A stretch of DNA of 64,000 nucleotides from Adineta vaga. Its lineage: Eukaryota; Animalia; Rotifera. The notes under the pieces were generated by a model that ran no database searches, was not told the DNA's origin, and worked only from the letters and a program-made list of their open reading frames with translations. Both the position numbers and the translations under genes were made by a program. The stretch covers positions 1,736,001 through 1,800,000 of the forward strand of contig CP075494.1 in assembly GCA_021613535.1 (NCBI GenBank). The letters run 5' to 3'. Below, piece by piece: positions 25,738 to 39,100 of the stretch. How positions within the stretch are numbered: the stretch's first letter is position 1; every line of letters starts with the position of its first letter.

Positions 25738-27478
25738 ATGAGTCTGATTCTGTTTTGATGCTCCATGATTTATATATGAAGTCTGTCGTTGAAATACCTC
25801 GTATTACATGTGATGTTTATGAATTGGATAAAATTAGAGAGACATCATCGATCGATGTATGAATTGTGCGCATGGTGCTAAGGTTAGTAAAATATTTATT
25901 GGGGTTAAAAACAACGTTCAATTGTGTTCATGATGAAGAATATATGCCAGTGAGTGAATAAGCATTTGTGTTGCATCGATAATCGTTTGGCTAAATGTAT
26001 GCAAAAATATGAAAGAGATAAAGTTACTAGGTGCTTTGTTGTTAATCGAGTGAATGAAGACGAGGCGCGTTTCATGCTTGGACTCGTTGAAATATTATGA
26101 GTTACGCTTGACTAAGCATATTTTATTTGGTTTGTTGTATTTTTCGTTTTGTTCTCGTACATATATGTATAGGTATCTGTATAGGATTGGAGGATTATTA
26201 TGAAAAATCGGCCTCCTCCAAGTGAATTCCACAGTTGTTTAATGTGTAATAATATTCTGTAAATATTGATAATATTTTTTTAGGGAAAGCTCATAGTTTT
26301 CTTTCTGTGAATCCTCTATGTACGACAAATATTGAAAGACAAATCATCGAAAACTGATCCGTCTGTATGCGCCATCTTTTGGATGAATTATCATCAATGG
26401 TAGAGTTGAGACAATTTGCATATGCTATCAGACATTGGACAAGTACAAATACAGCTAGTAAAAGTACAAAGTATTAAGTACAAATATTTGTACTTAAGTT
26501 CAAATGTATCCAAAAACCGGTCTAATATGTATTCATCCATTGAAAGAACTGATTAACGTGTGAATTAATCATAAATTTCTGTCACACCTTAGTGACATCT
26601 ATAAAGTAAACGAATATAAGTTATAATTAACATAATATAAATGTAATTTTTTCAGTTCTTGATCAAAATCCTTTATTCCTTATCATAACTTTTGCTTTTC
26701 GCACAGTGAAGCATGCGTTCGTTGATATCCCCATCCATATGTAACAAACAAATAATAAATAACTTTGTTTTTCTTCGTCCTCAATTCGATCATTTATCAG
26801 CTATTGCCTTACTTAAAAGTGTCTTCCTCAGGCGGAAAGTTATCTTCAATTGTCTTCGGTTGGATTTTTTGATTATCAAATGACTGCTGAACATTTGAAA
26901 TCTATTTTTGAATTTTCATATCCCGAAAAAGATCGAATTAATGGATATTGTACATCGTGCAAAAAGGATTATAAAGATCAAAAAGGGATTTATAGTAATT
27001 TTGTGAAGCATTTAAAACGAAAGCATATACGTGATTATGAACGTCTTTTTCCATTTGAAGGTGAGGTGATTCTCGAAGAAACAAATGGTGTCGATGATGA
27101 TCAAGCTGCAACGGTTGATTTACCAAATTCAAAAGCCAAACAAAAACAAATCATTACATCTATTACAAAAAATTTAATAATTAAATGTAATTTACCGTTA
27201 AACATTGTCGAACATGTCGGTTTTCGTGATTTTCTTAAAGAATGTATCTTTAAATGTGAACTTATATCTTCAAAAAGAATCAAACGTGTTATTATTCCTT
27301 CATTCACAAACAATGTTCTTGATAAAATTCATGAAACATTAAGCAATGTTAGTGATTTAACTTTAACGATCGATGGTTGGTCAGATCGGCGTGCTCGCTC
27401 CTTTTTAGGCATTACATGTCATTTTATCGATTGCAATATGATATCACAAGCTTATCTACTTGATTTTTTACGCTTTAA

Positions 27479-29536
27479 CCCTTTGAGTCCCGAATTTTTT
27501 TTATCGAATTTAAGTGTAGAGAAACATCATATTAAGCATTCAGATGATATTACGAGATGTTTACCCAAGTTACAACATAAAAGTATCTGATTTCAGGCTG
27601 ATATGTTTATTTAACTCACTGTCGACACACGTAGTTCTGATGATATAACAAAAAACAATTTTTCACACATAAACAAACACCACAAAAAGTACACATCACA
27701 TCCGTTCTTTTCTCTTTTTCTTTTGTACTACAATAGACGCATCTACGACGAGTAGAAATAACTTCTGGCATGTGAGCTAGTAGTTCTGGCGTTTCATAGT
27801 TTCTGGTCTCACTAATGTTCTTTTCAACACGTATTTTCTTTTGATTACTCAAAGCTAAAGGTCTTCCTGCCCTTTTCCGACCAAAATAATCGCCTGTCAG
27901 TGTAGTACTAATAGATGATATGTATTCAACTGTATTAATATTGTCAGGAGAAAGATTCTTATAGTATATCAATGAATTTATCAATGCTATACCGAGAAAA
28001 CGGAAAAAAATTCTTATCCAGTTTCTTTTCGATTTTCTATCAATTGTATAATATTTTGTCTTCTGGTCGGATAAATCAACTCCTCCCATATATTTGTTGT
28101 ACTGAACTATTGGCAACGGACAAATAATTCGACTCTTCGTGCCATCCTTATTTCCTCTAGTAACTTCCTCTGATTCTTCTGGATCAAAATAGTTTGATGC
28201 AACGAACACTTCCTTCTTATCCATCCATTTTACTATAGAAATTCCATTAGATGCTAGATACTGATAATCACCTCTATTCAAGTGTTCGTCTTTCTTCAAC
28301 TCAATTGGAAAGTTTTTTCGATCGGAACGAATGGTACATGTAGCACCAATTCGTTTTCTTCTAAGATTGTAAAGTAGAGTAATTGAAGAGAAAAAACTAT
28401 CAAAAAATAACTGACGATTTTTCAGATTTATTCCACTTATCAATGACATAATCACATGTTCACCAAGTGGTCCAGATCGTTCTGTGCTCTTTCCAGTATA
28501 TATTTCGAAATTATATACATAGCCAGTGGTTGACTCGGCAAGAACCCACACTTTATATCCTCTCTTAGTTGGTTTCAACGGTTGAAACTGTTTCAGAGAA
28601 GATCTTCCCTTGAACTTAATCATAGCCTCATCTATGGATACGCATGACCCAAGAGAATAGTTTTTCTGAAAATTTCTTTTCAACATTACAAGAAAATCAT
28701 GAACTTTATACAGTTTATCACGCTTAGAAATGTTTTTCGATGGCATTTTCGTATTATCAACAAGATGAATGTTTGAGAAGATTCGTTGAAATTCATTTCT
28801 TGTCATTACATTGGCGACAGCTGGTGTAAATAAATTTCTGTCCGTGCTCCAATAATCACGAATTCGTGGTAATTTGTGAAATCCCATGATCAATAATATT
28901 CCAAGAAAAGCGTGCATTTGAGCTGTATCAATTTCTTTCCAATCTGTTGACTTTTTACCTTTTTGAACATAACGATTTTTCCCATAGATATTCGTTTGAT
29001 CAACAATTAATTCAATAATATCTTGCGATATATATTTACTAAATGCATCAATTGGTCGAACAACATTATCGCCCAATGCACGTCCATCAAAATAATCGAA
29101 GGTACTTGAAAAATTGGAGTTGTCGACATCCCATTCCCATTCATCTAACGAAATTTGGTCGAGTTCTTCGGTAAATGAATCATTATCTTCTGAATCACTA
29201 GCATCTGGTTCATCAGAAGTAGTCGAACTTTCACTTTTATCAGATCGAGTTTCATCGGAATCCGAATCCATCATACTATACGGCATTAATTTTTACTATA
29301 ACTTAATCAGTCAAAAACACAAAACTTTCGAAATTTGAACTTTTGAGAAAAACGCCTAAAATCCGATGAGCATACGCAGAGTATACCTTTTAATATGGTC
29401 CATTAATCTGAATATTAGCGTAGTTAACGATAAATATTACTTTCAGGCCTCAAAAACCTGAAAAATATTCGAAATTTTTTGAAAATCCTTAGATTTTTTT
29501 AGGTGGGACATATATGTCCCACTGGGACTCAAAGGG
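27479..29536 (-). mobile_element. piggyBac transposon, full length (2058 bp)
   Basis: TTAA|CCCTTTGAGTCCC ... GGGACTCAAAGGG|TTAA: 13 bp perfect TIR and TTAA TSD. Confidence 0.97.
27616..29274 (-). CDS. piggyBac transposase, uninterrupted ORF (~550 aa)
   Basis: Acidic N-terminus, SIDEAM, PLKPTKRGYK, FFDSFFSS, YNKYMGGVDLSDQ and a C-terminal Cys-rich domain (CVYC..CTFC..CVKNCF..YH). Confidence 0.95.
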   Translation of the reverse strand: MMDSDSDETRSDKSESSTTSDEPDASDSEDNDSFTEELDQISLDEWEWDVDNSNFSSTFDYFDGRALGDNVVRPIDAFSKYISQDIIELIVDQTNIYGKNRYVQKGKKSTDWKEIDTAQMHAFLGILLIMGFHKLPRIRDYWSTDRNLFTPAVANVMTRNEFQRIFSNIHLVDNTKMPSKNISKRDKLYKVHDFLVMLKRNFQKNYSLGSCVSIDEAMIKFKGRSSLKQFQPLKPTKRGYKVWVLAESTTGYVYNFEIYTGKSTERSGPLGEHVIMSLISGINLKNRQLFFDSFFSSITLLYNLRRKRIGATCTIRSDRKNFPIELKKDEHLNRGDYQYLASNGISIVKWMDKKEVFVASNYFDPEESEEVTRGNKDGTKSRIICPLPIVQYNKYMGGVDLSDQKTKYYTIDRKSKRNWIRIFFRFLGIALINSLIYYKNLSPDNINTVEYISSISTTLTGDYFGRKRAGRPLALSNQKKIRVEKNISETRNYETPELLAHMPEVISTRRRCVYCSTKEKEKRTDVMCTFCGVCLCVKNCFLLYHQNYVCRQ

Positions 29537-32500
29537 TTAAATCTCCACATACCGGTGACAATATTCGTCAATTTACTGAAGAAGTTCTTGATCGATTTAA
29601 TATCGAAGACAAAGTGTTTAAGATAATAACTGATAATGCAGCTGCAATGATCAAGGCGTACAAGTTTGGTTTATTTGTTGACGAATTAGATGATACATCT
29701 TTTGATCGAAATCAATTGGTGCATCATATCAGTGAAACACTCGATGATGACGACGACGATGATGATGATGGTAAGCAGTGTTTAATTCTTCAGAAAGGAT
29801 GATAGTAATCATTGCTTGAAATCTAGTTTTGATCAAGACAGTTATTTGCTAGAAGTATAAATTTACTTTTATACTCATTTAATATATAACAGATTTGCAT
29901 CGACATAATTAACTTAAGACTAGAACTTGCACGAGCACGATCTAAACTAAAAAAATATGCCATCTATTTTGAGTCTTTTAAAAAAACAATTCGAACTATT
30001 TTATTTATGTGTGTTTATTTTAGAATACATCAGTTTGGATATGTTTCAGATGATAAACCTTGATCAATTTAATGATGATGGCAAAGATGAAAATGCAGCA
30101 CCAGTTCGATTATCATTTATTGTTCATTCACTCCAGCTATGTTTACGTGATGGATTGAAGAATGGGGTTCATATGCGAAAAGTGTTAACTAAATGCAAAA
30201 CTCTTGCCAAATTTTCCCACAAATCGAGTAAAATGGCGGATTTATTAGAAGATATTAATAAAAGTATTAACAAAATGAATGTAACTCGTTGGAATAGCGA
30301 ATATTTGTTTATTCAATCAATCTTATCTATCAAACATACAGATATGGAAAGTATTCTTCCATCACTAGAATATCCAGTTAAATTTAAAAACAATGATTAT
30401 ATAATTCTACATGAAATTATCTATATATTAGATCCATTCTATCGACTTTCTATTGAATGTCAAGCTGAAACGGTTGTGACTGCCAGTTTAGTTGTTCCAG
30501 GAATTGTACATCTTGTTCGTCATCTACGTGAACCTAAAAAGAAGGTTGTATTGTGCAAAAAACGTGTTGAACAAATTCAACTATCAACCGAAAAACGATT
30601 TGCTGGTATTATTAATAGATTAAATCAATTAAATGTTGAACAAGACGATCCATTTAATGATCCATTATAATTCATGGCGGCTGTTTTAGATCCATCTTTT
30701 AAATTTCATTGGTTACGTGATCTACAACTACCTGCTAATGCAGAAAATCGTCTGAAACAAAATATAATTCAATTGATATTTGATGAAATGAATAAAGATG
30801 TTCGAGCACCATCACCAAAGAAGGTACCTGATAAAAGTATTTCATCTTCATCATCCAACTATAAAAAAATAAAATTATTTGATTATGACGATTACAACGA
30901 TGATGATAGTTTAAATTATGTAGTACCAACAGATCCTGCAGCTGAACTAAATACATATATGAATGATTGAATCAAATTAAAATTTTCAGAATAATGGGCA
31001 CGTTCTTCATTGAAAAATTTAAGAAAATTAATCATGCGTATTGCTTCAGTACAGGCTTCATCTGCGCCTATAGAACGTGTATTTTCACATGCAGGCATAA
31101 TTTTATCACAGCGGCGTACACGCATGGGTGAACAACTATTCAAAGACTTAGTATTCTTGAAACCGAATCAACATTTATTGTAGATAAATATATCATTTGT
31201 CTCTTATTGAAGTTAGCTGCACTTTATTCACAGATATTTTACTGATAATTTTTATTTATTATTGTTTCTTGCTTAATTTACTTCATTTTATTATTTTATA
31301 TAAGGGCAAAACCAGCCAGCGGTCACCCTCGCATGGGGAAGGTCTTTAATCGCAAAACTTTTCGTTAAAACCAAGGTGCGCCATAAGTAGAGTCTGAAAC
31401 ATATTAAAATCTCTACGGAAGTCCGTTCGTGAACAACATATCATTTTAAAAACTCAAATAATATGTGTCTCTAGCTAAATTTTTAAAAATTTTTGTTTTT
31501 GATGGTTGAAAAATGTCATTTTTTTCCAAAAAGTATCGATATATTCTGATGTAGATTACAGCAGAATAAAAGCTAACACTTCTGAGTCGTAGAGCTGCCA
31601 TAGTACTACTTATATATTGGGTACTTGCTTTGATACTTCGAAGTTTTAGAGATCCACACCCTCACCCTTCCATATAATTATGTTTATTCAAAAATGAACT
31701 GATATAATGATAGCTCATTGAAATCAGAATAAACTGTATCTAAAACATCTATCGATACAACAGCTCGTTTTGTATGGAATGTTAAAGTGTGAACGCATGA
31801 AAAAAAATTTCTATTTGAGAAATTCCGTAACGAACGATATTTTTTTAGATAACTTCGCTTTGCTTAAAGCAGAATAAACGAAATTTATGCTAATACTAGA
31901 TCTAGATAGCCTGTATGTACAGCGAAAATTTTAGTGTACTCACATTTACAAGAGAGGAGATATGACGACTACAATTTGAAAAAACGAAATTCCGTAACGC
32001 TGGCTTTGCCGATAAGAAAAAGTTATTATGCTAGTCAGCTGATGATTTTTTCTTATTCAATAAAATTTTATGATTTTGTTAAACTCTTTTGATGATGATT
32101 CTCTAAAATGCTGAGGCAAAAAATTGATACACTTACTCTCAGATCATGCTCAAATAGATGTAATTATCCGTCAGAAATCATGTTCGAGCAGAAAAAAGGT
32201 TCATATATACGTATTTTCAAACGACGCTCATGACATTAATTAGAAATGGGAAGTCTGTAAGTGAGTTCAACTAAGATGTTTATTAGTAATAAAAAACGTT
32301 CACAAATAGATAAGAAGAGAATAGATAGATGGAGCACACCTATAACGACACATCGAATGTCTTATATAGGTGTGTACAACGTACAGAAAAGAAAGAAGAA
32401 CATAGTACATGACTTCATGTATTAGGTTATTTCCCAAACCAAGTCGAAGTAAGTTGAAAAAAGATAATGTAGTATAATCTCAATAAAAACGTAGAATTTA

Positions 32501-33599
32501 TGTAAACAGGTGTGTTAAAAATACTTATTCAAAACATGTAACCTTCGAATAATCATTAAAGTACTTTTTGTACTTGTAGTACCGGTACTTAAGTAAAAAG
32601 TATTTAGTACAAAGTCCTAGTACATTTTTTCCAGTAAAAGTACATTTACTTGTACTACAGAAAATGTACTTCGTACTTAAGATTTTTAGTACTTAGTACG
32701 AAAAGTACCAAGTATTGTACTAAGTATCCAATGTCTGTATGCTATTTTGTAATGAGTACTACAAGTTTTGAACGAGAAAATGTTTAAATGAATGTATTAT
32801 GAAGAAGTCAAAAGTGGATGCGAGATAGAACTCATCCGGTAAACGCAGATGATATTAAGGCGAAATCGATTTTTCTTAGCGTACTGAAGTCTAAGATTTC
32901 TGTTCGAATCGAATTGAAGAAGAATGAATGTATTAAAATTGTTGAATATACAAAGCTAAGTTCAAAGTCTAAAAACAATTTGTGCTCTACTAAATCCGAG
33001 AAAAGTTACTGTCATTATGTAAAAGTGTTCAAACATAGTCACTGCTTCAAAAACAAAATAAAGAATTCGACGAAATCATTGACGGATCGTTCCATGTATC
33101 AATGGACAGATCCATCTCCTACAAGACCTTCTTATAAGTTCAGTATAACACAAATAGGTTTCGCAGCAAAACACAAACTCTTTAGAGTTTCACATGAAAA
33201 TCTAATGATCTCATAGACTTTTTCTTTGTGTTTTCGAAGTCGTAATTATGTTTGGAGTTTTGTTGATAATGACGGAACTGTTTTTTTTTGGAGTTAGTTT
33301 TAGGAAACTATTATCTTTATGGTATGATCCGAATGTCACTATAATAAGAGAGACATCAAAGCTGTAACCGTGGCACGACAAGTATACAATTCGCTTCTGT
33401 TACTAGATAATGGTTATGCAAAACCGATAAATCGAAATTTACAATAGCAGGTGTTTTTCAGGAGAATAATCAGAAGATTTTCATTAGAATCAGAAAATAT
33501 TTGTTTTGTTGTTTTTTTCCGAAAAAGTTGAAATTTGTTTTTACAAAAAAGATTAAAATCTTCTATTAGTAGTATAATTCTGATATACTTTTCTCTATA

Positions 33600-34109
33600 C
33601 AGGGTGTTGCATAACCTTTTTCCAGAGGGGTAATGACGTTATTCTAAGGTAGGTACCTAATGAATTTTATACCTAATGAAAGTGCGTGAAAAACTGGATC
33701 TAGAGACACATTACTTTTATGCTTTCTATCGAAACAAATTTTTCGAAGCTTTGTAGTGTGAGGCTATCCAAGACAGAAAAAGTCAAAATTACAGTTTTTC
33801 TCGAAAAATTTGTTTTGATAGAAAGCATGAAAGTAATGTCTCCAGATCCAGTTTTTGACGGAGGTTATGAATCTACTATTATTTTCATGAACGTACCCAC
33901 GTCAACAATGGAAATCATCAAATAAAACTTCATTTTGGTACATATGTTAAGACATTTTAACAATTCTAAGAGCAGATACTTGCGGAACAATCTATTAATC
34001 ATATCCCTAGATCCAGTTTTCACGAGCTTTCATTTGGTATAAAATTCATTAGGTACCTACTTTAGAATCACGTCATTACCCCTCTAGAAAAAGGTTATGC
34101 AACATCCTG
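33600..34109. mobile_element. Tc1/mariner-type MITE with ~100 bp TIRs
   Basis: TA|CAGGGTGTTGCATAACCTTTT...AAAAGGTTATGCAACATCCTG|TA. Confidence 0.9.
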
Positions 34110-34767
34110 TATATGTATGATAAAAATGATGATAATCATATATCGTATTCCATTATTTATTTCGCAATTAATCATATCCTTTAAAAAATAAATAAATGTG
34201 GAAACTTCGGATTTTATCCGAAAGTTATGTGTACTGCAAAAAAGTGTATGAGATAGAAGATATAGGGAAGTCGTAGAGGAATATGAGTATTTTTTCAATA
34301 ATTCAAGAATGACTTCTGCAACCTGACTCATCATCGAACTCGAGCGAGATATTGACACAACAATACTCTGAAGAAAACTTCATCACAACTGGATTAGCTT
34401 TCCAGTAATTATCATGTAAACGAACGAATGGACGGACACACTGATCGACTCTATTATTGCGCTTACTTCTTCCGTATACTAGAAAAAGTTAGACATTTCA
34501 TATCTCTTGTCAATGATATATTGTTGATACTTTGACTATATTCAATTGAAACCTGTCAATTAAACAATGAATAAATTTGAGGGGTGGGTTAGGGTGTGGG
34601 TCTAGGTATAGATGGAAATATTATTGTATTCACTTACACCTTCACCCACACCGATATCCTCAAGATGGTTTTTATAGATCGATTGGTGAAAAGTGAAGAT
34701 TGAGATTAATAAATTAATTTATTTATATCTGACTCTTTGAATCGAGAAAATTGAGTGTGAAATTGCC

Positions 34768-35281
34768 TGAAATCAATGATCCCATTTAATTCTCCGACTT
34801 CGAAAAATCTTAAATGACACGACAATCGAGAATTCCATAGAATGTTTTTTTTTATCTGGTACAAATAGAACGACACACAGACATCCATATTTCACTTTTG
34901 TTTTTTCACATCACCCTGTCTTGAGTTGAGACAATAAAATCAAACTATGATCTATACTAAAGATTTATTTCAAAAGAAAGATAGCAAAACAGAGATAGAA
35001 GTCGAATAAATTATTATATATTAGATTAATAGAATTAAAATAGAAAGTTGGAAATAAAAGTAGAACTAAAATGTTGTACGAGGTTTTTGAAATATTTTGG
35101 ATTATTGATCAAGTCGTTGAAAATAAACTGATGTTTTATTTGAGCCTGATGTCTGTAAAGAAAAAAATTCATCATATAATTAACGATGTATGTAAAATAT
35201 AACGATCATCCAGCGAACTTGTTTCAGCTCTAAGTGTCTTCTTCAAAGTTCGTACTTGTCGATAGAACTTAAAAAGTAATC
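34768..35281 (-). repeat. Outer left arm of the inverted duplication (pairs with 55617-56100)
   Basis: Colinear diverged reverse-complement match, e.g. CAGCTCTAAGTGTCTTCTTCAAAGTTC versus GAACTTTGAAGAAGACACTTAGAGCTG. Confidence 0.85.
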
Positions 35282-36108
35282 AGTTCGTGATCTACTGACA
35301 CCTTTTAAATTCTGTAGTTCCTAGGGTTTGTGTATCAAAAAGATATATGAAAAGGTTCGTGAAGTTAATAAATCGTTTTTTAAGGCTTATCATTCTGCAT
35401 CTATTTTTTACCGTGAATAGTAAGAAGATGTCGAAGCAAACTCGATGACAGGAATGTTATTACACACACACTACTATCATACGCTAAAATTTATTCTGGT
35501 TGGTTCAACATGCTCAAGATGGTTATAACGTGAGCAGTAGGTTTAGATGGCATCCTCTCGATAGAAGTCGTTAGTTAAACCTCAAACAGTCACCTCTAAT
35601 TTGTGTATATTTTAAGTGTTTTATGAAAGAGATATTTGTGAATCATCCATTGAGTTGTATCGTTCGAATATATGATGTGAAGAATGATCAATGAACATTC
35701 TAATAAAATTACCTAATTCCATTCTTGCACTGCCCTTCTGATAACAGAAATACACAAACTCTTAAGTATCTCTTCTTTATCGAGAGTCCCTATAGGTTCT
35801 AGCAGAACGTATGAGTATAAGTACTAATCAGAAGAGTTGATACATATAAGAACTCGAAAATAGGTTCCACGGTTTTGACAGGAGCTGAAGTACAGTTAAA
35901 GAGATATAAATCTATGTATAAAACTATTAACAAAATTGCAACTAGGAATGCTCTATATAAGACATGGTACGAAAGTTACACTAATGCATGCAAAAGTTCT
36001 TCTCGACTCTTTCTAGCTTTTGAAATCATTTTCAGCCTTCGCATGTAAAGCTTTTATTTATTGCATATCAAATTCGATTGATTATGCAGCTCGCAAACGT
36101 AACTTTAC

Positions 36109-39100
36109 CTGTGCATACTGGAGATTCTGTGGTGCCTATGTTTTTGTAACCAGTTTTGCACGTGCATCCGATAGCATTTGCTTTTGAGTTAAACGAGCAA
36201 TCTGAATTAAGATCACATCCACCATTGTTTGTTTTGCATGGATCTAAAAGAACCTTCAGGATAAGTGTCAGAGTAAGGAATAGGGTGAGAATGTAGACAG
36301 ATGGATGTGGATGATGAACATCGTGATCTACACCCACAACCTTACTGCGTGAAATAATCATGTACCATATGTTATCCAGATAATTGCTTTACATAGAATG
36401 TAATAGAAAATGTGGTCTACAGACTCTGAATACTGTTTGCAAACTATTTAAAACTTTCCCCGTCAATATTTTCGCAGCTAACGGAACAAGAAAATATATT
36501 ACTCGTTTAATATAATAACATTACCTATGCACACTGCAGATCCCTTGCATCCTGTATAAGTGTAGCCCGTTTTGCATGTACAATCGATCGCATTTGCTTT
36601 TGAGTCGAAAGAGCAAACCGCGTTTGAATCACATCCACCATTGTTTGCTTGACATGGGTCTAAAAGCAAACGCACATATTTTATTCATGGTACAAGAGAC
36701 GATTACAGAGACCGATGTGTGGAATATAGAACAACTATTTTTCTTTGAAACTTATCTGCCAACAACAAAAATGGACACGAATGATTTCTTTAATCTAGAA
36801 ATCATAAATTATGTAATAAAGTACTTTCTATTACCCATGTAAAAAAGAGATAAATCTATCATAAATGATGTATTTTTGATAATATTAGATTTACAATATA
36901 GCTTTAGATTTAAAAAAATACTATTTTTATTAATAACTCACTAGGTAGCATGGTTTATTCATCAATTTTTGGCATAAGTTGGAAAAATAAAATTTGAAAA
37001 TTAACCCTAGAAGGAAAGTATTCTTTATCTTATAATAATGTCCTCTACATAATGACACGCTATACATTTGTCATTTGAGATTTGAGATTTTTTATTGAAC
37101 TAACAAACAACTTCAAAAGGATTAATTTTTATATTATAAATGACAACAATACCAGTCGGGTTTATGAATAAGATCAAAAAAACTTCAATAAACATTTCTA
37201 CAGGGTATCCGAAAAGTCATTTAACATAAAAAAAAATTGAATATCTCCGCTATTTCTCGTTCAAACTGAACAATTTTTTAAATGAAAGAAAAATATTCAG
37301 AGTTTATATTCATAAAGACATGTCTAGTGAAACTACAATAAAACTTCCCATAATGAGCACCTCTATATAATGAACACCTCTCAACTCTGAATAGTGAACA
37401 CTTTTTTCGGTCCCAGTGATGAAAAAACCTACGTAGAATGAACGCATGTGCAATAAAGTAACGCATATGAATGCAACTATCGAAGACAATAAAATAGTGT
37501 ATCGTACATCCTGAAGCAGTGACAGCAAAACTCACTCATGGCCTAATTATTACAAGAAATTCTGTCACATGTATGGAGTAAATGGACAATGATAATCAAT
37601 AGTTCACGTCGAAGTGATCAGTGGCATGTATAGCAAAACAAGGACAATGAAAATGTAGTCAACACCCAAAATTACATTGATTTGTTTCCCAACTGGGCTC
37701 ATAGCTCAGTCAACTCTTCATCGACTCAAAAGAAGTCAAACAAGCAAAGATTGATGATTATTTTTGTAAAAATAAAAATTAAATGTTTAATGAGTGGACA
37801 ATTTATCTTTTTATTCGATGCATTCCGTAATTAGAGGAAAATTCTACCAAGAAAGATATGTACACATCAATCTGTGACACTCATCATACATTGTATACAT
37901 CTATATGTTCATTCAATGCAACACCTCTATAAAGTGAACATCTCCTATAATGGATGCGTTTTGAACGGTCCCGTTGGTGTCCACCTTAGAGAGGTTTTAC
38001 TGTATTTGTTAAGTATTAAACATGGGCTTCAACAAGAAAGTTCCACTTCTTCACAAGATAGGAAAAAAATATATACAATGATGCGAAAGTCACTTTGCCA
38101 ACAAACAGAAGTGAATAACTTTACGGACCGGATAAATGAGCTGATATTTTTATCAGTGACATAGGTGCAATCACGCTTTATGTTTATGAAGATACATGTA
38201 GAGAGATCCTTTGCTAAATATACTGCTTTTTTCCTATCTATGAAAAAGTGGAAATCTCTTGTTGAAGCCCATGCTTGATACTTAACAAATAGTTTTCACT
38301 AGGCATGTCTTTATGAATATAAATTCTGAATATTTTTCTTTCATTTAAAAAAAATTGTTCAGTTTGAACGAGAAATAACGGAGATATTCAATTTTCTTTT
38401 TTGTTAAATGACTTTTCGGACACCCTGTAAATCCATTCTTTAACGCTGACATTCTTCAGGCACTCCTCTCTCTCTCTCCTCTACATTCACTGTTTGTATA
38501 AGGGCTACTTGTGCCGTAGAAAACATGGTCTACAAACTTTGAATGTGTTGCAAACTATTTAAAACTTTCCCCGTAAGTATTCTTGCAGCTAGCGGAAGAA
38601 GAAGATATATTACTCGTTCAATATAATGAAATTACCTACGCACATTGCAGATCCCTTGCATCCTGTATAAGTGTAGCCCGTTTTGCATGTACAATCGATC
38701 GCATTTACTTTTGAGTCGAAAGAGCAAACCGCGTTTGAACCACATCCACCATTGTTTGTTTCGCATTGACCTAAAGGTAAGAGTACACATGGTATTCACG
38801 TAAGAAAAGACGACTGTACACAAATGTACAATAACTATGGGATCATTAGTTACAATGAGGAAAAACGTTTAGATCTAAACAAACTAATGTTTAATATTTA
38901 CCACTAACTGTACGACTCTAAATCTAAGATCATGAATGGTGCTAGACGACAGACATTCGAAGATATCCCCTAGACTGAAAAACAACCATTAAATAGCAAC
39001 ATCTGCCTAATCACCCATTTTCATTTTGCAGATTTTATTGCCATAAATATATATTGCAATCAAGAATAGATTTAGAATCGAGCAGTTTTTTGTAAATTAT

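Larger units (their letters stand above)
26880..31183 (+). pseudogene. hAT transposase interrupted by piggyBac and by stop codons
   Basis: BED finger (CTSC...HLKRKH), TIDGWS, ITDNAA, S[F]IVH in place of CxxH, TRWNS, ASSAPIERVFS. Stops at 30668, 30968 and about 30991. The frame rejoins as LRF|KSPHTG after removing the piggyBac. Confidence 0.9.
26429..32737 (+). mobile_element. hAT DNA transposon, complete ends, inactive
   Basis: TIR CAGACATTGGA / TCCAATGTCTG; perfect 8 bp TSD TATGCTAT (26421-28 and 32738-45); subterminal AAGTAC/GTACT repeats. Confidence 0.95.

Noticed and set aside
32818-33216. 132 aa ORF next to the hAT end
   Set aside because: No recognisable motif or splice structure; probably a chance ORF in repeat-derived DNA.
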